Positions 16,218 through 28,229 are shown, numbered from the stretch's first letter. The stretch is 64,000 nt of DNA from an uncultured Gemmatimonadaceae bacterium (GCA_963761305.1 CAVXGK010000002.1:448001-512000), one strand, 5' to 3'. Numbers and translations: made by a program. Notes: generated from the letters alone by a model not told the origin.

Positions 16218-19200
16218 ATGTTCAAGTCAGTCATCGGCGCCGTCTTCGGAACGCGGCACGAACGCGAACGGAAGAAAATTCAGCCGGTCGTCGACGAGAT
16301 CAACGCCGAGTACGCTCGGCTCCACGACGTATCGGAAGAAGAGCTGCGCGGCCAGACGGAAAAGCTGCGCGCCATCATTCGCGATCGGACGAGCGCGCTC
16401 GAGGCGCAGGTCGCCGAGCTGCGCGAGCTCAAGCGCGCCGCCGCCGACCCGGTGGAACGGGAGCGGATAGACGCCGAGCTGAGCGGACCCGATGGCCGCA
16501 GTGGCGCGGAAGGGAAGCTGCGCGAGGAGACCGCCGACGTCCTCGACGAGATCCTCCCCGAAGCCTTTGCCACCGTGCGCGAGGGCGCGCGCCGCTTGCT
16601 GAGCAGCAACGTCGTCGTCACCGGCCGCGACATGACGTGGGACATGGTGCACTACGACGTGCAGCTCATGGGCGGCCTGCAGTTGCACTTCGGCAAGATC
16701 GCCGAAATGGCGACGGGCGAAGGCAAGACACTCGTCGCAACACTGCCGCTGTATTTGAACGCGCTGCCGGGCAAGGGCGCGCACCTGGTGACCGTCAACT
16801 CCTACCTCGCCCGCCGCGACTCGCAGTGGATGGGGCATCTGTACTCGTACCTCGGCCTCAACGTCGGCTGTCTGGACGACACCGAGCCGGGAACGCCGGA
16901 CCGGCGCAATGCGTATCTCGCCGACATCACCTACGGCACGAACAACGAGTTCGGCTTCGACTATCTGCGCGACAACATGGTCGTGTCGCTCGACCAGCGC
17001 GTGCAGCGGGGCCACGTCTACGCGATCGTCGACGAAGTGGACTCGGTGCTCATCGACGAGGCGCGCACGCCGCTCATCATCTCGGGCCCGGTTGGGAACG
17101 AGAACGACGCCATGTACTTCGAGCACAACGCGTCGGTCGCGCGACTCTTCCGACGGCAGACGGAGCTCGTGAACTCGTTGGTCGGCTTGGCCGAACGCGA
17201 CCTCGAAAAGGGCGACACCGCCGCGGCCGCACTCCATCTGTACAAGGCGCAGCTGGGAAGCCCCAAGAACAAGCGCCTCATGAAAGTGCTGCAGGAGCAA
17301 GGCACCAAACAGCTCGTGCAGAAGCAGGAGCTCGAGCACATCGCCGACCGGCGCCTGCCGGCGTCCAAACAGCTATTCCGCGACATCGAGAACGATCTCC
17401 TCTTCGTGCTCGACGAGAAGGGCCAGTCGGTGCACCTCACCGACGAGGGCGTGACGTTCATGTCGCCGAGCGAGCAAGAGACGTTCGTGCTCCCCGACCT
17501 CGCGTCGGAGATCGGCCGGCTGGATCACGATCACTCGCTGAGTCCCGAGGAGCGTCTCGAATCACGGCGAAACGTCGAGATCGCGTACGCGCAGACGGCC
17601 GAGCGGTTGAACATCGTCCACCAGCTGCTGCGCGCGCACGCGCTGTTCGAGCGCGACGTGAACTACGTCGTGCAGGACGGCGAAGTGCTCATCGTCGACG
17701 AATTCACCGGCCGCACGATGCCCGGTCGCCGGTGGTCGGAGGGCCTGCACCAGGCCGTCGAAGCGAAAGAAGGCGTGACCGTGAAGGGCGAGACGCAGAC
17801 GCTCGCCACGATCACGATCCAGAACTACTTCCGCATGTACGACAAGCTGGCCGGCATGACCGGCACGGCCGAAACGGAAGAGACGGAGTTCTTCCAGATC
17901 TACAAGCTCGAGGTCGCGGTCATCCCGACGAACAAGCCGATGGTCCGCGACGACCGGCACGACCTCGTCTACAAGACGCGCCGCGAGAAGTACAACGCGA
18001 TCGTCGAGGAGACGCGCCGTCTCCATGATCTGGGCTTCCCGGTGTTGATCGGCACGACGAGCGTCGAGTCATCGGAGACGCTGTCGAAGCTGTTCAACCG
18101 CGCCGGCCTCACGCACAACGTGCTAAACGCCAAGTACCACCAGCGCGAAGCCGAGATCGTGGCCCTCGCCGGACAGAGCGGCTCGCTCACGATCGCGACG
18201 AACATGGCCGGCCGCGGCACCGACATCAAACTCGGCCCGGGCGTCACGACGTCGAAGCCGTCGCAGATCAAGGATGCCGAGAACGAGCTCGTCGACATCG
18301 TCGAAGACGGCGGGTTGCACATCATCGGTTCGGAACGACACGAATCGCGGCGCATCGACCGGCAGCTGCGCGGACGGTCCGGCCGCCAGGGCGATCCGGG
18401 GGCGTCGCAGTTCTTCCTGTCGCTCGAAGACGATCTGATGCGGCTCTTCGGCTCCGAGCGCATCGCGTCGCTCATGGACCGCATGGGCGCGCAGGAAGGC
18501 GAGATGCTCACGCATCCGCTCATCACGCGCTCGATCGAGGGGGCGCAGAAGCGCGTCGAGCTCCAGCATTTCCAGTCGCGCAAACGGCTGCTCGACTACG
18601 ACGACGTGATGAACCAGCAGCGCGAAGTCATCTATTCGCTGCGCTCGTTCGCGCTCGAGGGCGGGGAAGAGCTCAAGGGCGAAGCGCTCAAGATGATCGA
18701 GAAGGCGATCACCTTCCGCGTCGAGACGAACCTCGAGGAATTCCAGGAGGGCGAGCAGTGGGATTTCGACCTGCTCCGCCAGGACCTCCTGATGCATTAT
18801 CTGCTTCAGGTTCCTGAATTCGAGAAGCACGATCTGCGGCCGACCGACAAGACGGGCGCGCAGACCGCCGCCGTCGAAGCGTCGCGAAAGGCGTTCTACG
18901 CCAAGCTCGCGAGTCTCGACACCGTCCGCGACGATCAGGGCACGCCGTACGGCGACCGCCTGCTCTCGTTGGTCATGCTCAACGTGCTGGACGAGAAGTG
19001 GAAGGACCATCTCTACGATCTCGACCAGCTCCGCAACACGATCACCTATCGCAGCTGGGGTCAGAAGGACCCGCTCATCGAGTACAAGCAGGAGGCGTAC
19101 TCGATGTTCGTGGACCTCATGAACGACATCTACAGCACGTTCGCCGACCGCTTCCTCAAGGTGCAGCTCGTGTTCGAGGCGCCGGCGCCGCCGCCCCCGC

Positions 19201-19509
19201 CTCAGCAAGCCAAGCCGACCAAGCGCTACAACGCGCTCGGCATCCTCGAGGATGTGCCGGTCGAAGAGACCAAGGGCCCCTCGACCAACGGCAACGACGC
19301 GGTGGTCGACAGCGGGCCGGCCGAGGAGCCGGCGGAGACGCCGATCACAGCGCGCAAGGATCCGGTGATCTTCGGCGCGGGACGAACCCGATCACTCTCG
19401 GGCAGCCAGCAGCCGGCCAACGTCGATTGGGCGAACGTCGGCCGCAACGACCCGTGTCCGTGCGGGTCGGGCAAGAAATATCAAGAAGTGCCACGGAGCG
19501 ACCGCATGA
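16218..19509 (+). CDS. secA: Preprotein translocase subunit SecA, apparent 1-nt insertion in the last codons
   Basis: EMATGEGKT, DEVDSVLIDEARTPLIISG, GRNDPCPCGSGKKY; removing one base near 19482 restores KKCHG with TGA at 19507-19509. Confidence 0.97.
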
Positions 19510-19625
19510 GGACTCGGGGACGCGTGCGACTGGAGTCCCTCTGATTCAGCCGGCGCCGATTTGGTGACGGCAACGAGGGGTTAAGTGCACATCTTGGCCG
19601 TCAACTTTTACGACGACGGCCTTCC

Positions 19626-20330
19626 ATGGCTGGCCAGGAATCAGAGAAATCATTAAGTATTCGAGAGTTGCCCCGTTCGGAGCGGCCTCGAGAGCGGCTC
19701 ATCGATCTCGGAGCGCAGGCGCTCAGCAGTGCCGAGTTGCTCGCGATTCTGATGGGATCGGGCGGCGTGGGCCGCACGGCGGTGCAGTTGGGACACGCGG
19801 TTCTCGCCGATGCCGGCGGCGCGCTGCGGCGCATTGCTCGTCAGCCGGTGGCCGCCCTCACGGCGATTCCAGGGGTAGGAATGGCTCGTGCGGTGACGAT
19901 TCACGCGTCGTTGGAGCTCGGACGGCGCATGGCTCTCGAAGCGCGACAGGACGGCGCGCCGGTGCGGTCACCGCGCGACGTCGTCGAGTACTTCGCGCCG
20001 CGAATGGAGGATTTGCCCGTGGAGGAGTTTCACGTCGCCGTGCTCGACGCGCAGCATCGACTCGAGCGTGACATCACCGTCACGCGCGGGCTGCTGTCGT
20101 CGTCGCTGGTGCATCCGCGGGAGGTCTTTCGCGAGGCGATCGCCGAGCGCGCCGCGGCCGTGATTCTCGTCCACAACCATCCCAGCGGCGATCCGGTCCC
20201 GTCCGCCGACGACCGAGCGATCACCGAGCAGCTCGTCGCGGCCGGACGACTGCTCGACATTCCCGTCCACGACCACGTGATCATCGGCCGCGGCCGGTAC
20301 ACGAGCTTCGCCGAGGCTGGCCTCCTGTGA
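19626..20330 (+). CDS. radC: RadC (UPF0758, JAB domain) protein
   Basis: ERPRERL, VHPREVF, HNHPSGD, DHVIIG. Confidence 0.93.
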   Translation: MAGQESEKSLSIRELPRSERPRERLIDLGAQALSSAELLAILMGSGGVGRTAVQLGHAVLADAGGALRRIARQPVAALTAIPGVGMARAVTIHASLELGRRMALEARQDGAPVRSPRDVVEYFAPRMEDLPVEEFHVAVLDAQHRLERDITVTRGLLSSSLVHPREVFREAIAERAAAVILVHNHPSGDPVPSADDRAITEQLVAAGRLLDIPVHDHVIIGRGRYTSFAEAGLL

Positions 20331-22502
20331 CCGCGACGAGCGCGACCGCGGTCGGGGAGCTGATGCCGGGGTGGCGCGAGAACGAGCCGCCGCTCCACGA
20401 GAAGCTCGATCGCGACCTGCTGATGCACGCCTATCGCTTCAGCGAAGAGGCGCATCGCGGCCAGCGGCGCAACTCGGGCGAGCCGTACATCACGCACTCG
20501 GTCGAAGTCGCGAAAATTCTGGCCGAGCTCCAGCTGGACTCGGTGACCGTCGCCGCCGGATTGTTGCACGACGTCGTCGAGGACACGAAGCTCACCATCG
20601 CCGACGTCCAGAAGGAATTCGGGCGGCCGATCGCCGACATCGTCGACGGCCTCACGAAGATCGCCAAGCTGCCGACGGGCGGGTCGACGCAGGAGCGGCA
20701 GGTCGAGAGTTACCGCAAGCTGCTGCTCTCGATCGCCAAAGACGCGCGCGTCATCATCGTCAAGCTCGCCGACCGCCTGCACAACATGCGGACGCTCGAG
20801 TATCTGCCGCCGGAAAAGCGCGTGCGCATCGCGCAGGAGACGCGCGACCTGTACGCGCCGCTCGCCCACCGCTTCGGTATGGCGAAGCTGCGGTGGGAGC
20901 TCGAGGACCTCTCGTTCAAGCACATCGAGTCCGACGAGTACAAGGCGCTGGCCAAGAAGGTCGCGCAGAAGCGCGGCGAGCGCGAAGCGCTCATCAAGCA
21001 GATGGCCGAGCCGCTCATCGCGCGGCTCACGCAATCCGGCATCAAGGACGTCGAGGTCACGGGCCGGCCCAAGCACCTGTGGTCGATCTACAAGAAGATG
21101 AAGCAGCGCGAGAAGCCGTACGAGGAGATCTACGACCTTCTCGCCATTCGCGTGCTCGTCAACTCGGTGCCCGACTGCTACCACGCGCTCGGCGTCATCC
21201 ACGACGGATGGACGCCGGTGCAGGAGCGCATCAAGGACTACATCGCGCAGCCGAAGTCGAACGGATACCAGTCGCTGCACACGACGGTGTTCGGACCGGG
21301 CAAACAGCTCTACGAAGTCCAGATTCGCACGCGCGAGATGCACCGCACCGCGGACTACGGCATCGCCGCGCACTGGCGCTACAAGGAGGACGCGAAGAGC
21401 GACGAGCTCGACCGGCACCTCTCGTGGTTCCGGCAAGTGCTCGAGCTGCAGATGGACGCCAAGACGCCGGACGAATTTCTCGAATTCCTCAAGCTCGACT
21501 TGTACCAGGACGAGATCTTCGTCTTCACGCCAACGGGCGACGTCATCCAGCTGCCCAAGGGCGCGACGCCGCTCGACTTCGCGTTCGCGGTGCACACGGA
21601 GATCGGGCTGCATTGCGCCGGCGCGAAGGTGAACGGCCGCATCGCGCCCCTCTCACGGCCGCTGCGGAACTCGGAGACGGTCGAGATCATCACGTCGAAC
21701 ACCGCGCGCCCGACCCGCGACTGGCTCGCCCACGTCCGGACCGGCCGCGCGCGCCACAAGATCCGTCAGGTGCTCAAGCGCGAGGCGCAGTCCTCGGCCG
21801 AGAAGCTCGGCCAGGACATGCTCGACCGCGAGGTGAAGCGCCGGCGCCTGACGCGTCCCGACGACGACCAGATGTTCGCCGCCGCGAGGGCGCTGAATCT
21901 CAACGACGCCACGCACTTGCTCGCGTCCATCGGGCAGGGCGACGTCAACGTCACGCTGGCGCTCAAGCATCTCTATCCCGACGTGCACGAGGTCGAAACG
22001 CCGAAGCCGAACGTCTTCGAGCGGTTCGTGGATCGAGTGCGCGGTACGAAGGGCGTTCGCATTCAAGGCCAGGACGGCCTGATGGTGCGCTACGCGCAGT
22101 GCTGTCAGCCCGTGCCCGGCGATCTCGTCGTCGGCTACGTGACGCGCGGGCGCGGTGTGAGCATCCATCGCGCGCGACTGTCCGAATCTGCTCATCCTGG
22201 CGCACGAGCCGGAGCGCCGTCTCGAGATCGATTGGCAGGAGGCGCAGGGCGAACGCTTCGGCATTCGTCTGGCGCTCGAGGGCAACGACCGGCGCGGCCT
22301 GTACGCCGACATTGCGGCCGCCGTGAGCTCGACCGGCACGGACATCAAGAGCATGGATCTGCGAAGCACCGACGGGCGGTTGACCGGATCGCTGCTCGTC
22401 GAGGTGGAGAACCTCGCGCACCTGGAGAAGATCATCCGCGCGGCGCGACGCGTGAAAGGCGTGACCGAGGTGGCGCGCCGCGAGCGGGTGGTCGCGGAGT
22501 AG
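20327..22502 (+). CDS. rel: Bifunctional (p)ppGpp synthetase/hydrolase Rel, apparent frameshift near 22175
   Basis: HD motif LHDVVED, RIKD synthetase motif, TGS domain, AQCCQPVPGD; ACT domain continues in the shifted frame to TAG at 22500-22502. Confidence 0.93.
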
Positions 22503-22511
22503 CCGAGGCGG

Positions 22512-24602
22512 TCAACGTAGTGGGACGGGGCTCGCGCGCGGAGACCCGAAATTCCGCGCCCACGTCGAGACCTCGGCCGGAATGTTCAATTCGCTCACCT
22601 GCAGCGAGTCCACCACGAGTTGCGCCGATCCGACCAATGCGAGCGTCGAGAATCGCAATCCTACTCGCGACGAGCCACGAACCATGACCGGAAACGTGCG
22701 CTCGGTCTCATACGGGGCCAGGGAGACGGCATTTCGATTCGTGGCGCCGGAGATCTCGACCACGTAGCGCGGCAACGCGCCCACGACCGGCACGTGCCGC
22801 AACGGGTTCACGACGTGGTACCGCATGCGGACCTCGAGCAACGTCAGCGTATCGGGTGCCGCGACGACGTTCAACTCGGCCGACCGCTGATCGGGCCGAA
22901 CAGGACCCTGGGCGACGACACGCCCGCCGAGCGATTGGGTCGCGCGCCGTTCCCAGAAGTAGGACCAATCGGTCTGGCCGACGATCTGATAGTCGCGCAA
23001 CACCGTCCGGTAGAACGGCCAGTAGGTCGATTCGAGCCATTCCTCGTAGACGGCGTACGATGGCTTGAGCGTCTGCACGATGTCGGCGTGCGACTTCGCG
23101 AACGCGTCCTGATACGCGCGTCGATTCGCGGGGCCAAGCGCATGAATGATGTAGTCGAATGACGGATGAAACATCCCGTCGTTCGCTTCGAGCATCGTCG
23201 AGTACGTCGACCAAACGAGCGGCGTCCGATGTTCCTTGGCCACGAAATCGTCGACGACGCGCTGACCGGTCGACACGGCGTCCTGCCACTGCTGTGACAT
23301 CGCCGGTCGTTCTCCGCCGAGGACGTGCGACGCGATGACGTGCACCGGCGCGATGGCGGCCACTCGCAGCGCGTCGAACCGCATGTACATCGTGGCCATC
23401 AGAATCGCCAGCGCACCCGCAGCGGCGCGCCATCGACGCCAAACCTCGTTCGATGCCCGAAGAAGGGGCAGGCGGTCCGCCTCTCGCCACACCGCCAGCA
23501 GGATCAGGATGACGTCCACTCGAACGGCCGGCTCGAGGTAAACGGTCACCAGGACCCCGAAGATCGAGACCATCGAGAGCGTCGCGTAAACGCCGAGCAC
23601 CGCTTCGGCGAGACGCTGCCTGTCATCTTCACCGGCCGGTGAACGCCAGAGCCTCACGAGAGCGCCGATCGCGACGAGCAGCGTGCCGACGATCCAGGGG
23701 CGCATGAAGGACAGCTCGCCGAGTTGTCCAAATCTCGACCAGAAGCGGTTCGGTGGGCCGCCGAAGAACCAAAACTGGTCCATCGGGACGATGCGGAAAT
23801 TGTATGTCGTGGCTCCGCGCAGGCCCGACAATCCTCCGAGGATGAGCACGACGATCGCGTACGTCGCGACGCCGACCGCCACGGTGACCGCCGTCTCTTG
23901 AATGCGGGCGCGCCACGCTCCTCGGCGAATCGCCAGCAGCGCCTCCGAGGCGACCAACGCCGCCATGACGGCGAGTCCCTGCTCGGTTCCGAGAAGGAGC
24001 GCCCCGCCGAGTACGATGCCCGCCACGATCGATCGTCGAATCGGCGAAATCGAGAGCGTGAGCGCAGCGGCGAACCACAATGGCATCGTCGATCGAACCC
24101 CGAGCAGGCTGTTGATCGGAAAACAGATGGCGTCGAGCCGCAGGAGAATGGTCGCGACGGCCGCCGCGACCGAGAGCTGGACGGTCGTCAATCCCTTTCG
24201 CGTCCAGGCAAAAAAAACCACGAGAAAGGTGAGCGCAAAGAGGACCACGGAAACGACCTGTCGCGCGAGCTCGGACGCGAAGAAACCGCCGCCGAAGAGC
24301 CGGAACGGGAGAAAATGCAGGTAGGGGACGCCGGCGCCGTGGAAGAACTGAAAGTCCACGCCGATGCGTTGGCCGGCGGCGATGCGCCGAAGGGCGTTGT
24401 ACAACTGGAACGGCCCGTCGATCGGCGGACCGTTGAAGTGAACCGCCGTCTCGATGCCCAGCGAAAGAAACGCGACGAACAGCAGGCCGTACCAAGCGCT
24501 CCACAGCACGAGCCGCCGACGTCCGTCAGAGCCCCGGGCCTGCCGAGGCGCGGCGAGTGACGTCGGCGCACTTGTCGTCGAGTGTGCGGTGGCGGTCGTC
24601 AT
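22512..24602 (-). CDS. Polytopic membrane protein with a large C-terminal soluble domain, GT-C glycosyltransferase-like topology
   Basis: About 11-12 hydrophobic segments, DGPFQ in the first loop, then a domain containing FHPSFDYIIHALG; ATG at 24602 chosen, ORF open to 24848. Confidence 0.6.
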   Translation of the reverse strand: MTTATAHSTTSAPTSLAAPRQARGSDGRRRLVLWSAWYGLLFVAFLSLGIETAVHFNGPPIDGPFQLYNALRRIAAGQRIGVDFQFFHGAGVPYLHFLPFRLFGGGFFASELARQVVSVVLFALTFLVVFFAWTRKGLTTVQLSVAAAVATILLRLDAICFPINSLLGVRSTMPLWFAAALTLSISPIRRSIVAGIVLGGALLLGTEQGLAVMAALVASEALLAIRRGAWRARIQETAVTVAVGVATYAIVVLILGGLSGLRGATTYNFRIVPMDQFWFFGGPPNRFWSRFGQLGELSFMRPWIVGTLLVAIGALVRLWRSPAGEDDRQRLAEAVLGVYATLSMVSIFGVLVTVYLEPAVRVDVILILLAVWREADRLPLLRASNEVWRRWRAAAGALAILMATMYMRFDALRVAAIAPVHVIASHVLGGERPAMSQQWQDAVSTGQRVVDDFVAKEHRTPLVWSTYSTMLEANDGMFHPSFDYIIHALGPANRRAYQDAFAKSHADIVQTLKPSYAVYEEWLESTYWPFYRTVLRDYQIVGQTDWSYFWERRATQSLGGRVVAQGPVRPDQRSAELNVVAAPDTLTLLEVRMRYHVVNPLRHVPVVGALPRYVVEISGATNRNAVSLAPYETERTFPVMVRGSSRVGLRFSTLALVGSAQLVVDSLQVSELNIPAEVSTWARNFGSPRASPVPLR

Positions 24603-24726
24603 CGATTCCAGTGCGGGGGGTGGCGGGAACTGCAAACCCACGACGCGCGTACCGGCGTACCGAACAAACGAGACGACCGCGCTAAGTCGCGGTCGCCACC
24701 ATGAATGTATCAAAGCGCAAGCTGCT

Positions 24727-25629
24727 CGGAACTCGCCCGGTCGAACCTCCCACTCAGAACCGTTCCCCTGCTGTAAGAACGCGACGAGATCGAACCGACT
24801 GCCGGCGACATCGCATTTACGCGCCGTCCCGTGGAATGCCAGCCTCACGCGCCCGCACCACCGATCGTTCCCACGCCATCAACGAGGGCTCCGCTCGCAT
24901 TCCGCGCTGCTCTCCTCGAACCTCACGCCGTTCCCCTCGAATCTCCGGCCGTTTCCCTCGAACCTCACGTCGTTCCCCTCGAACTTCACGCCGTTCCCCT
25001 CAGACCTCGCGCCGTTCCCCTCGAACTTCACGCCGTTCCCCTCAGACCTCGCGCCGTTCCCCTCAGACCTCACGCCGTTCCGATCAGACCTCACGCCGTT
25101 CCCCCCAGACCTCACGCCGTTCCTGCGACACCAAAACAGGTCGCCGCGATTCCAACCCGAGGCCCCGTCGAATTCCATGACGCGAACATGCCTCTTCAGC
25201 GCGTCTCCCTCGCACCAATAAACTTTTCCACGCCACTTCAACCTGCTTCGCTCGCTTCACAGCCCGTTACGCCCGCTCCAACAAAGCTGAACGTCGCATC
25301 AACAAGTCCGACGCTCACAACTCGCAGCGCGAACGAGACATCTCAGTCCTCGCACGTCACTCCCACAAGATTGTGCACCGCGTCAAAACCGTTTTCCACA
25401 GCATCAACTCCCTTCACTCGTTCATTTCATTCGCCGGCGATTGTTCGAGGCCCGTGCACGATCACATCTAAGACACGGATCGCCGTATTCGGGCGTGCGT
25501 CGACGGCCAACGATCTCTCGTCGGCGACATCAACGGGTCCGAACCAAGGATCCACATGTTCGGAACCCACACCGAGCCGGACGCCGTCGAGACCGCGCCC
25601 GGTGCCGCTGACGGCAATCGGCTTGGCGC
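24727..25629. repeat. Degenerate 21-nt periodic array of about 43 units
   Basis: A YCRCAY/TCGAAY-like motif recurs every 21 nt with no phase change from 24727 to about 25629. Confidence 0.75.
24916..25125. repeat. Near-perfect tandem repeat core, 10 x 21 bp, consensus TCGAACCTCACGCCGTTCCCC
   Basis: Units start at 24916, 24937, 24958 and so on to 25105; variants TCGAAC/TCAGAC. Confidence 0.97.
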
Positions 25630-25709
25630 TGTGACCGAAGACGGCGAGGTCCGCGCTGACCAAGTCGGACACCGAACAAACCCCGAGAGCGGCGTTATAT
25701 TTCAAACCC

Positions 25710-27761
25710 ATGCCGACTCCCACGGGGACCGCGCAGTTCGACCTTCAGGCTCCTTTCCAGCCGGCCGGCGACCAGCCCAAGGCGATCGCCGAGCTCGCGT
25801 CCGGCCTCGACCGGGGCGACCGCTTTCAGACCCTCCTCGGCGTCACCGGCTCGGGCAAGACGATGACGGTCGCCAACGTGATCAAGCATCACGGGCGACC
25901 GGCGTTGGTGCTCTCGCACAACAAGACGCTCGCCGCGCAGTTGTACGGAGAGCTCAAGAGCTTCTTCCCGCACAACGCCGTCGAGTACTTCATCTCGTAC
26001 TACGACTACTACCAGCCCGAAGCCTACGTCCCGTCGAGCGACACGTACATCGAAAAGGATGCGTCGATCAACGAGGACATCGACCGGCTGCGCCTCCGCG
26101 CGACGTCCAGCCTCATGGAACGCGACGATGTGATCATCGTCGCCACCGTGTCGGCGATCTATGGACTCGGCGATCCGGTTGCCTACCGCGAGCAGATGGT
26201 CACGCTCCTTCGCGGCCAGCGCATCGCGCGCGACGACATCCTCCGGTCGCTCGTCCGCATTCAGTACAGCCGCAACGACGTGTCGTTCGAGCGCGGAACG
26301 TTCCGCGTCCGCGGCGATACGGTCGAGATCTTCCCGGCCTACGAGGAGCAGGGCGTTCGCGTCGAGATGTGGGGCGACGAGATCGAGCGCATCTCCAAGA
26401 TCAACGTGCTCACCGGCGAAACGATCGCGTCGCTCGAGCGCGCGGCGATCTATCCGGCGAAGCACTTCGTCACCCAGCGGCCGACCCTCGAGCGCGCGGT
26501 CAAGGTGATTCGCGCCGAGCTGGGCGACCGTCTCACCGACCTCCGCGCCGCGGGCAAGCTGCTCGAGGCGCAGCGGCTCGAGTCGCGCACCAACTTCGAC
26601 ATCGAGATGATGCTGGAGATCGGCACGTGCGCCGGCATCGAGAACTATTCCCGCCATCTGGCCGCGCGCGCCGAAGGCGAGCGCCCGGCGGTGCTGTTCG
26701 ACTACTTCCCGGATGATTTCCTGGTCGTCGTCGACGAATCGCACGTCACGCTGCCGCAGATCGGCGGAATGTTCAACGGCGACCGCGCGCGCAAGCTCAC
26801 GCTGGTCGAATATGGATTCCGTCTCCCGAGCGCGCTCGACAACCGCCCGCTCATGTTCGATGAATTCCTGTCGCTCACGCCGCGGGCGATTTTTGTTTCG
26901 GCGACACCTGCCGATTTGGAGCTTCGTCTCTCCGAGGGCGTCGTCGTCGAGCAGATCATCCGGCCCACCGGGCTCGTCGATCCGGAAATCGAGGTGCGGC
27001 CGGTGCGCGGCCAGGTGGACGACTTGCTCAACGAGATTCGCCTGCGCGAGCGGCGTGGCGAACGCGTCCTCGTCACGACGCTCACCAAGCGCATGGCGGA
27101 AGACCTCAGCGACTACCTCCAGCAGGTCGGCGTGCGGGTGCGCTACATGCACTCCGACATCGACGCCATCGAGCGCATGGAAATCCTCCGCGGCCTTCGG
27201 CTCGGCGAGTTCGACGTGCTGGTCGGGATCAACCTGCTGCGTGAAGGCCTCGATCTTCCCGAGGTGTCGCTCGTGGCGATCCTCGACGCGGACCAGGAAG
27301 GGTTTCTGCGCAGCGACCGATCGCTGATTCAGACCGTGGGTCGCGCGGCGCGACACGTGCACGGAAGGGCGATCTTCTATGCGGACCGCATGACGGGATC
27401 GATGCAACGGTGCATCGAGGAGACGACCCGCCGGCGAGAGCTGCAGACTCGGTTCAACCTCGAGCACGACATCACGCCGACGACGATCGCGAAGAGCGTG
27501 GACCAGGTCCGCTTCATCACGCGCGTCGCCGATGCGCGCGCCGAAAAGCCGGAGAAGCGCGTCGCCGAGCCGGCGCGCGGGTATTCCGTGATGGAGGTCG
27601 AGTCGCTCGAGAAGATGCTCGAGGAACAGATGCAGGAGGCCGCGTCGGCGATGGACTTCGAGCTCGCCGCGCAGTTGCGCGACCAGCTATTCGAGGTGCG
27701 CGCGCGGCGCGACGCGAACGCCAAACGACCGGTTGCCGGCGCGGGCCGCTGGGGGCGATGA
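25710..27761 (+). CDS. uvrB: Excinuclease ABC subunit B
   Basis: [29 protein letters not shown]-terminal UVR domain. Confidence 0.98.
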   Translation: MPTPTGTAQFDLQAPFQPAGDQPKAIAELASGLDRGDRFQTLLGVTGSGKTMTVANVIKHHGRPALVLSHNKTLAAQLYGELKSFFPHNAVEYFISYYDYYQPEAYVPSSDTYIEKDASINEDIDRLRLRATSSLMERDDVIIVATVSAIYGLGDPVAYREQMVTLLRGQRIARDDILRSLVRIQYSRNDVSFERGTFRVRGDTVEIFPAYEEQGVRVEMWGDEIERISKINVLTGETIASLERAAIYPAKHFVTQRPTLERAVKVIRAELGDRLTDLRAAGKLLEAQRLESRTNFDIEMMLEIGTCAGIENYSRHLAARAEGERPAVLFDYFPDDFLVVVDESHVTLPQIGGMFNGDRARKLTLVEYGFRLPSALDNRPLMFDEFLSLTPRAIFVSATPADLELRLSEGVVVEQIIRPTGLVDPEIEVRPVRGQVDDLLNEIRLRERRGERVLVTTLTKRMAEDLSDYLQQVGVRVRYMHSDIDAIERMEILRGLRLGEFDVLVGINLLREGLDLPEVSLVAILDADQEGFLRSDRSLIQTVGRAARHVHGRAIFYADRMTGSMQRCIEETTRRRELQTRFNLEHDITPTTIAKSVDQVRFITRVADARAEKPEKRVAEPARGYSVMEVESLEKMLEEQMQEAASAMDFELAAQLRDQLFEVRARRDANAKRPVAGAGRWGR

Positions 27762-28229
27762 ATGTCAGACTCTCCGTCAGGCGTCATCCCGCCGCTCGCG
27801 GGCCACGGTCATCTCGCGCTCGACGAAGCGGAGCTCACGGCCTGGGGTGAGCGGTTCGGCCGCGCCGCGTCACCGCCGCTCGTCGTCGGGCTGACGGGCG
27901 AGCTGGGAGCGGGGAAGACGACGCTCGTCCGCGCGATCTGTCGCGGATTTGGCGTCACCGACGACGTCACCAGCCCAACCTTCACCGTCGTTCACCGCTA
28001 CTCCGCACCCCGCGCTCGCGTGTATCACGTCGACCTCTATCGTTTGCGAGGCCCGCAGGATCTCACGAACATCGGCTGGGACGACATGTTGGCCGAAGAC
28101 GCACTGGTGCTGATCGAATGGCCGGAGCGAGCCGGCGACCGGCTTCCGACGTCGCACGTGTCGATCGGCCTCCAACATTTGCCCGACGAGCCGACCAAGC
28201 GGCTGCTCTACGCGGGCGGTCACGCGTGA
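27762..28229 (+). CDS. tsaE: tRNA t6A biosynthesis ATPase TsaE
   Basis: GELGAGKTT, VTSPTF, HVDLYRL, IEWPE. Confidence 0.95.
   Translation: MSDSPSGVIPPLAGHGHLALDEAELTAWGERFGRAASPPLVVGLTGELGAGKTTLVRAICRGFGVTDDVTSPTFTVVHRYSAPRARVYHVDLYRLRGPQDLTNIGWDDMLAEDALVLIEWPERAGDRLPTSHVSIGLQHLPDEPTKRLLYAGGHA

Noticed and set aside
19626..20330. radC as a marker of a mobile element
   Set aside because: It is the full-length chromosomal form overlapping rel, with no integrase, transposase or att-like repeats nearby.
24916..25125. CRISPR array
   Set aside because: Units are contiguous 21-mers without 25-45-nt unique spacers, and there are no cas genes in the window.
24879..25241. ORF encoding (EGNGVRS)n heptads, and overlapping + strand ORFs
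   Set aside because: Open frames are expected from a repeat whose length is a multiple of 3. No clear RBS and atypical codon use, so not called as CDS.
25640..25709. Shared SOS/LexA box upstream of uvrB, ssb and radC
   Set aside because: No common palindrome could be seen by eye across the three upstream regions.
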